Of a stretch of 64,000 nt of DNA, positions 63,701 through 64,000 are shown one piece after another. Origin of the DNA: Rhina ancylostomus (lineage: Eukaryota); the NCBI GenBank assembly GCA_030265395.1, contig JARFYF010000072.1, forward strand, positions 3,467,711 through 3,531,710, given 5' to 3'. Under the pieces are notes generated by a model. That model searched no databases. It had not been told where the DNA came from and worked only from the letters and a program-made list of their open reading frames with translations. Numbering within the stretch: position 1 is the stretch's first letter; the number at the start of each line of letters is the position of its first letter. The position numbers and the translations under genes are program-made.

Positions 63701-64000
63701 CTTTGGGCTGAGTGAAGGGTGGTTACTGCACTGTCCTGTGTCCTTTAAACCCGTTGCTTTGAATCTTTGCAAATTACAGGCCACATCCTGGAGTGATGTA
63801 AACTTACAAGGTCGTTCATGGTCACAGTTTCAGAAGCTACGGTTTTCCGTGTTTTCGTTATGTGCAGAGTTGGTGGCTTCACTGTCGTTATTTTTTTCTT
63901 GAAGTGCAGTTCTGCCCGGCACAGAGCTGAACCCTGTGCACTGAGCAGGATGTTCAGCTGCTTGGCTCTGTTGTGCGTGTTCTAAGGGTCTGTTTCCAGC

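Overview
Repeat-rich vertebrate genomic DNA, most likely a cartilaginous fish and possibly a ray, judging from HE1-like V-SINEs and CR1, Rex1/Babar, Penelope and Gypsy elements. The scaffold has several N-gaps. The window is part of a tandem cluster of two-exon, GPR139/GPR142-like class A GPCR genes. Each has a ~70-nt exon 1 (short N-terminus plus most of TM1), a phase-1 intron and a ~900-nt exon 2 starting 'VNL.AI.I.SRGKCGLSKCITRYL'. I find two apparently intact genes: 48454>46724 (-), and 10084..10153 + 29843..30744 (+). I also find three pseudogenes (940..1486 +, 20837..24832 +, 53204>51984 -) and two orphan dead exon-1 copies (15024>14955, 41324>41255). All seven exon-1 copies share an upstream TGTTTGTTCA-like motif. 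A split Gypsy LTR with an ATAAT target-site duplication shows that 12107 and 28579 were originally adjacent, so the 16-kb block between two 100-N gaps is either mis-scaffolded or nested in an intron. Also present: a Gypsy gag-pro element bounded by inverted LTRs, a near full-length CR1 and a tRNA-Gly pseudogene. Family assignments come from recalled motifs; no database search was run.
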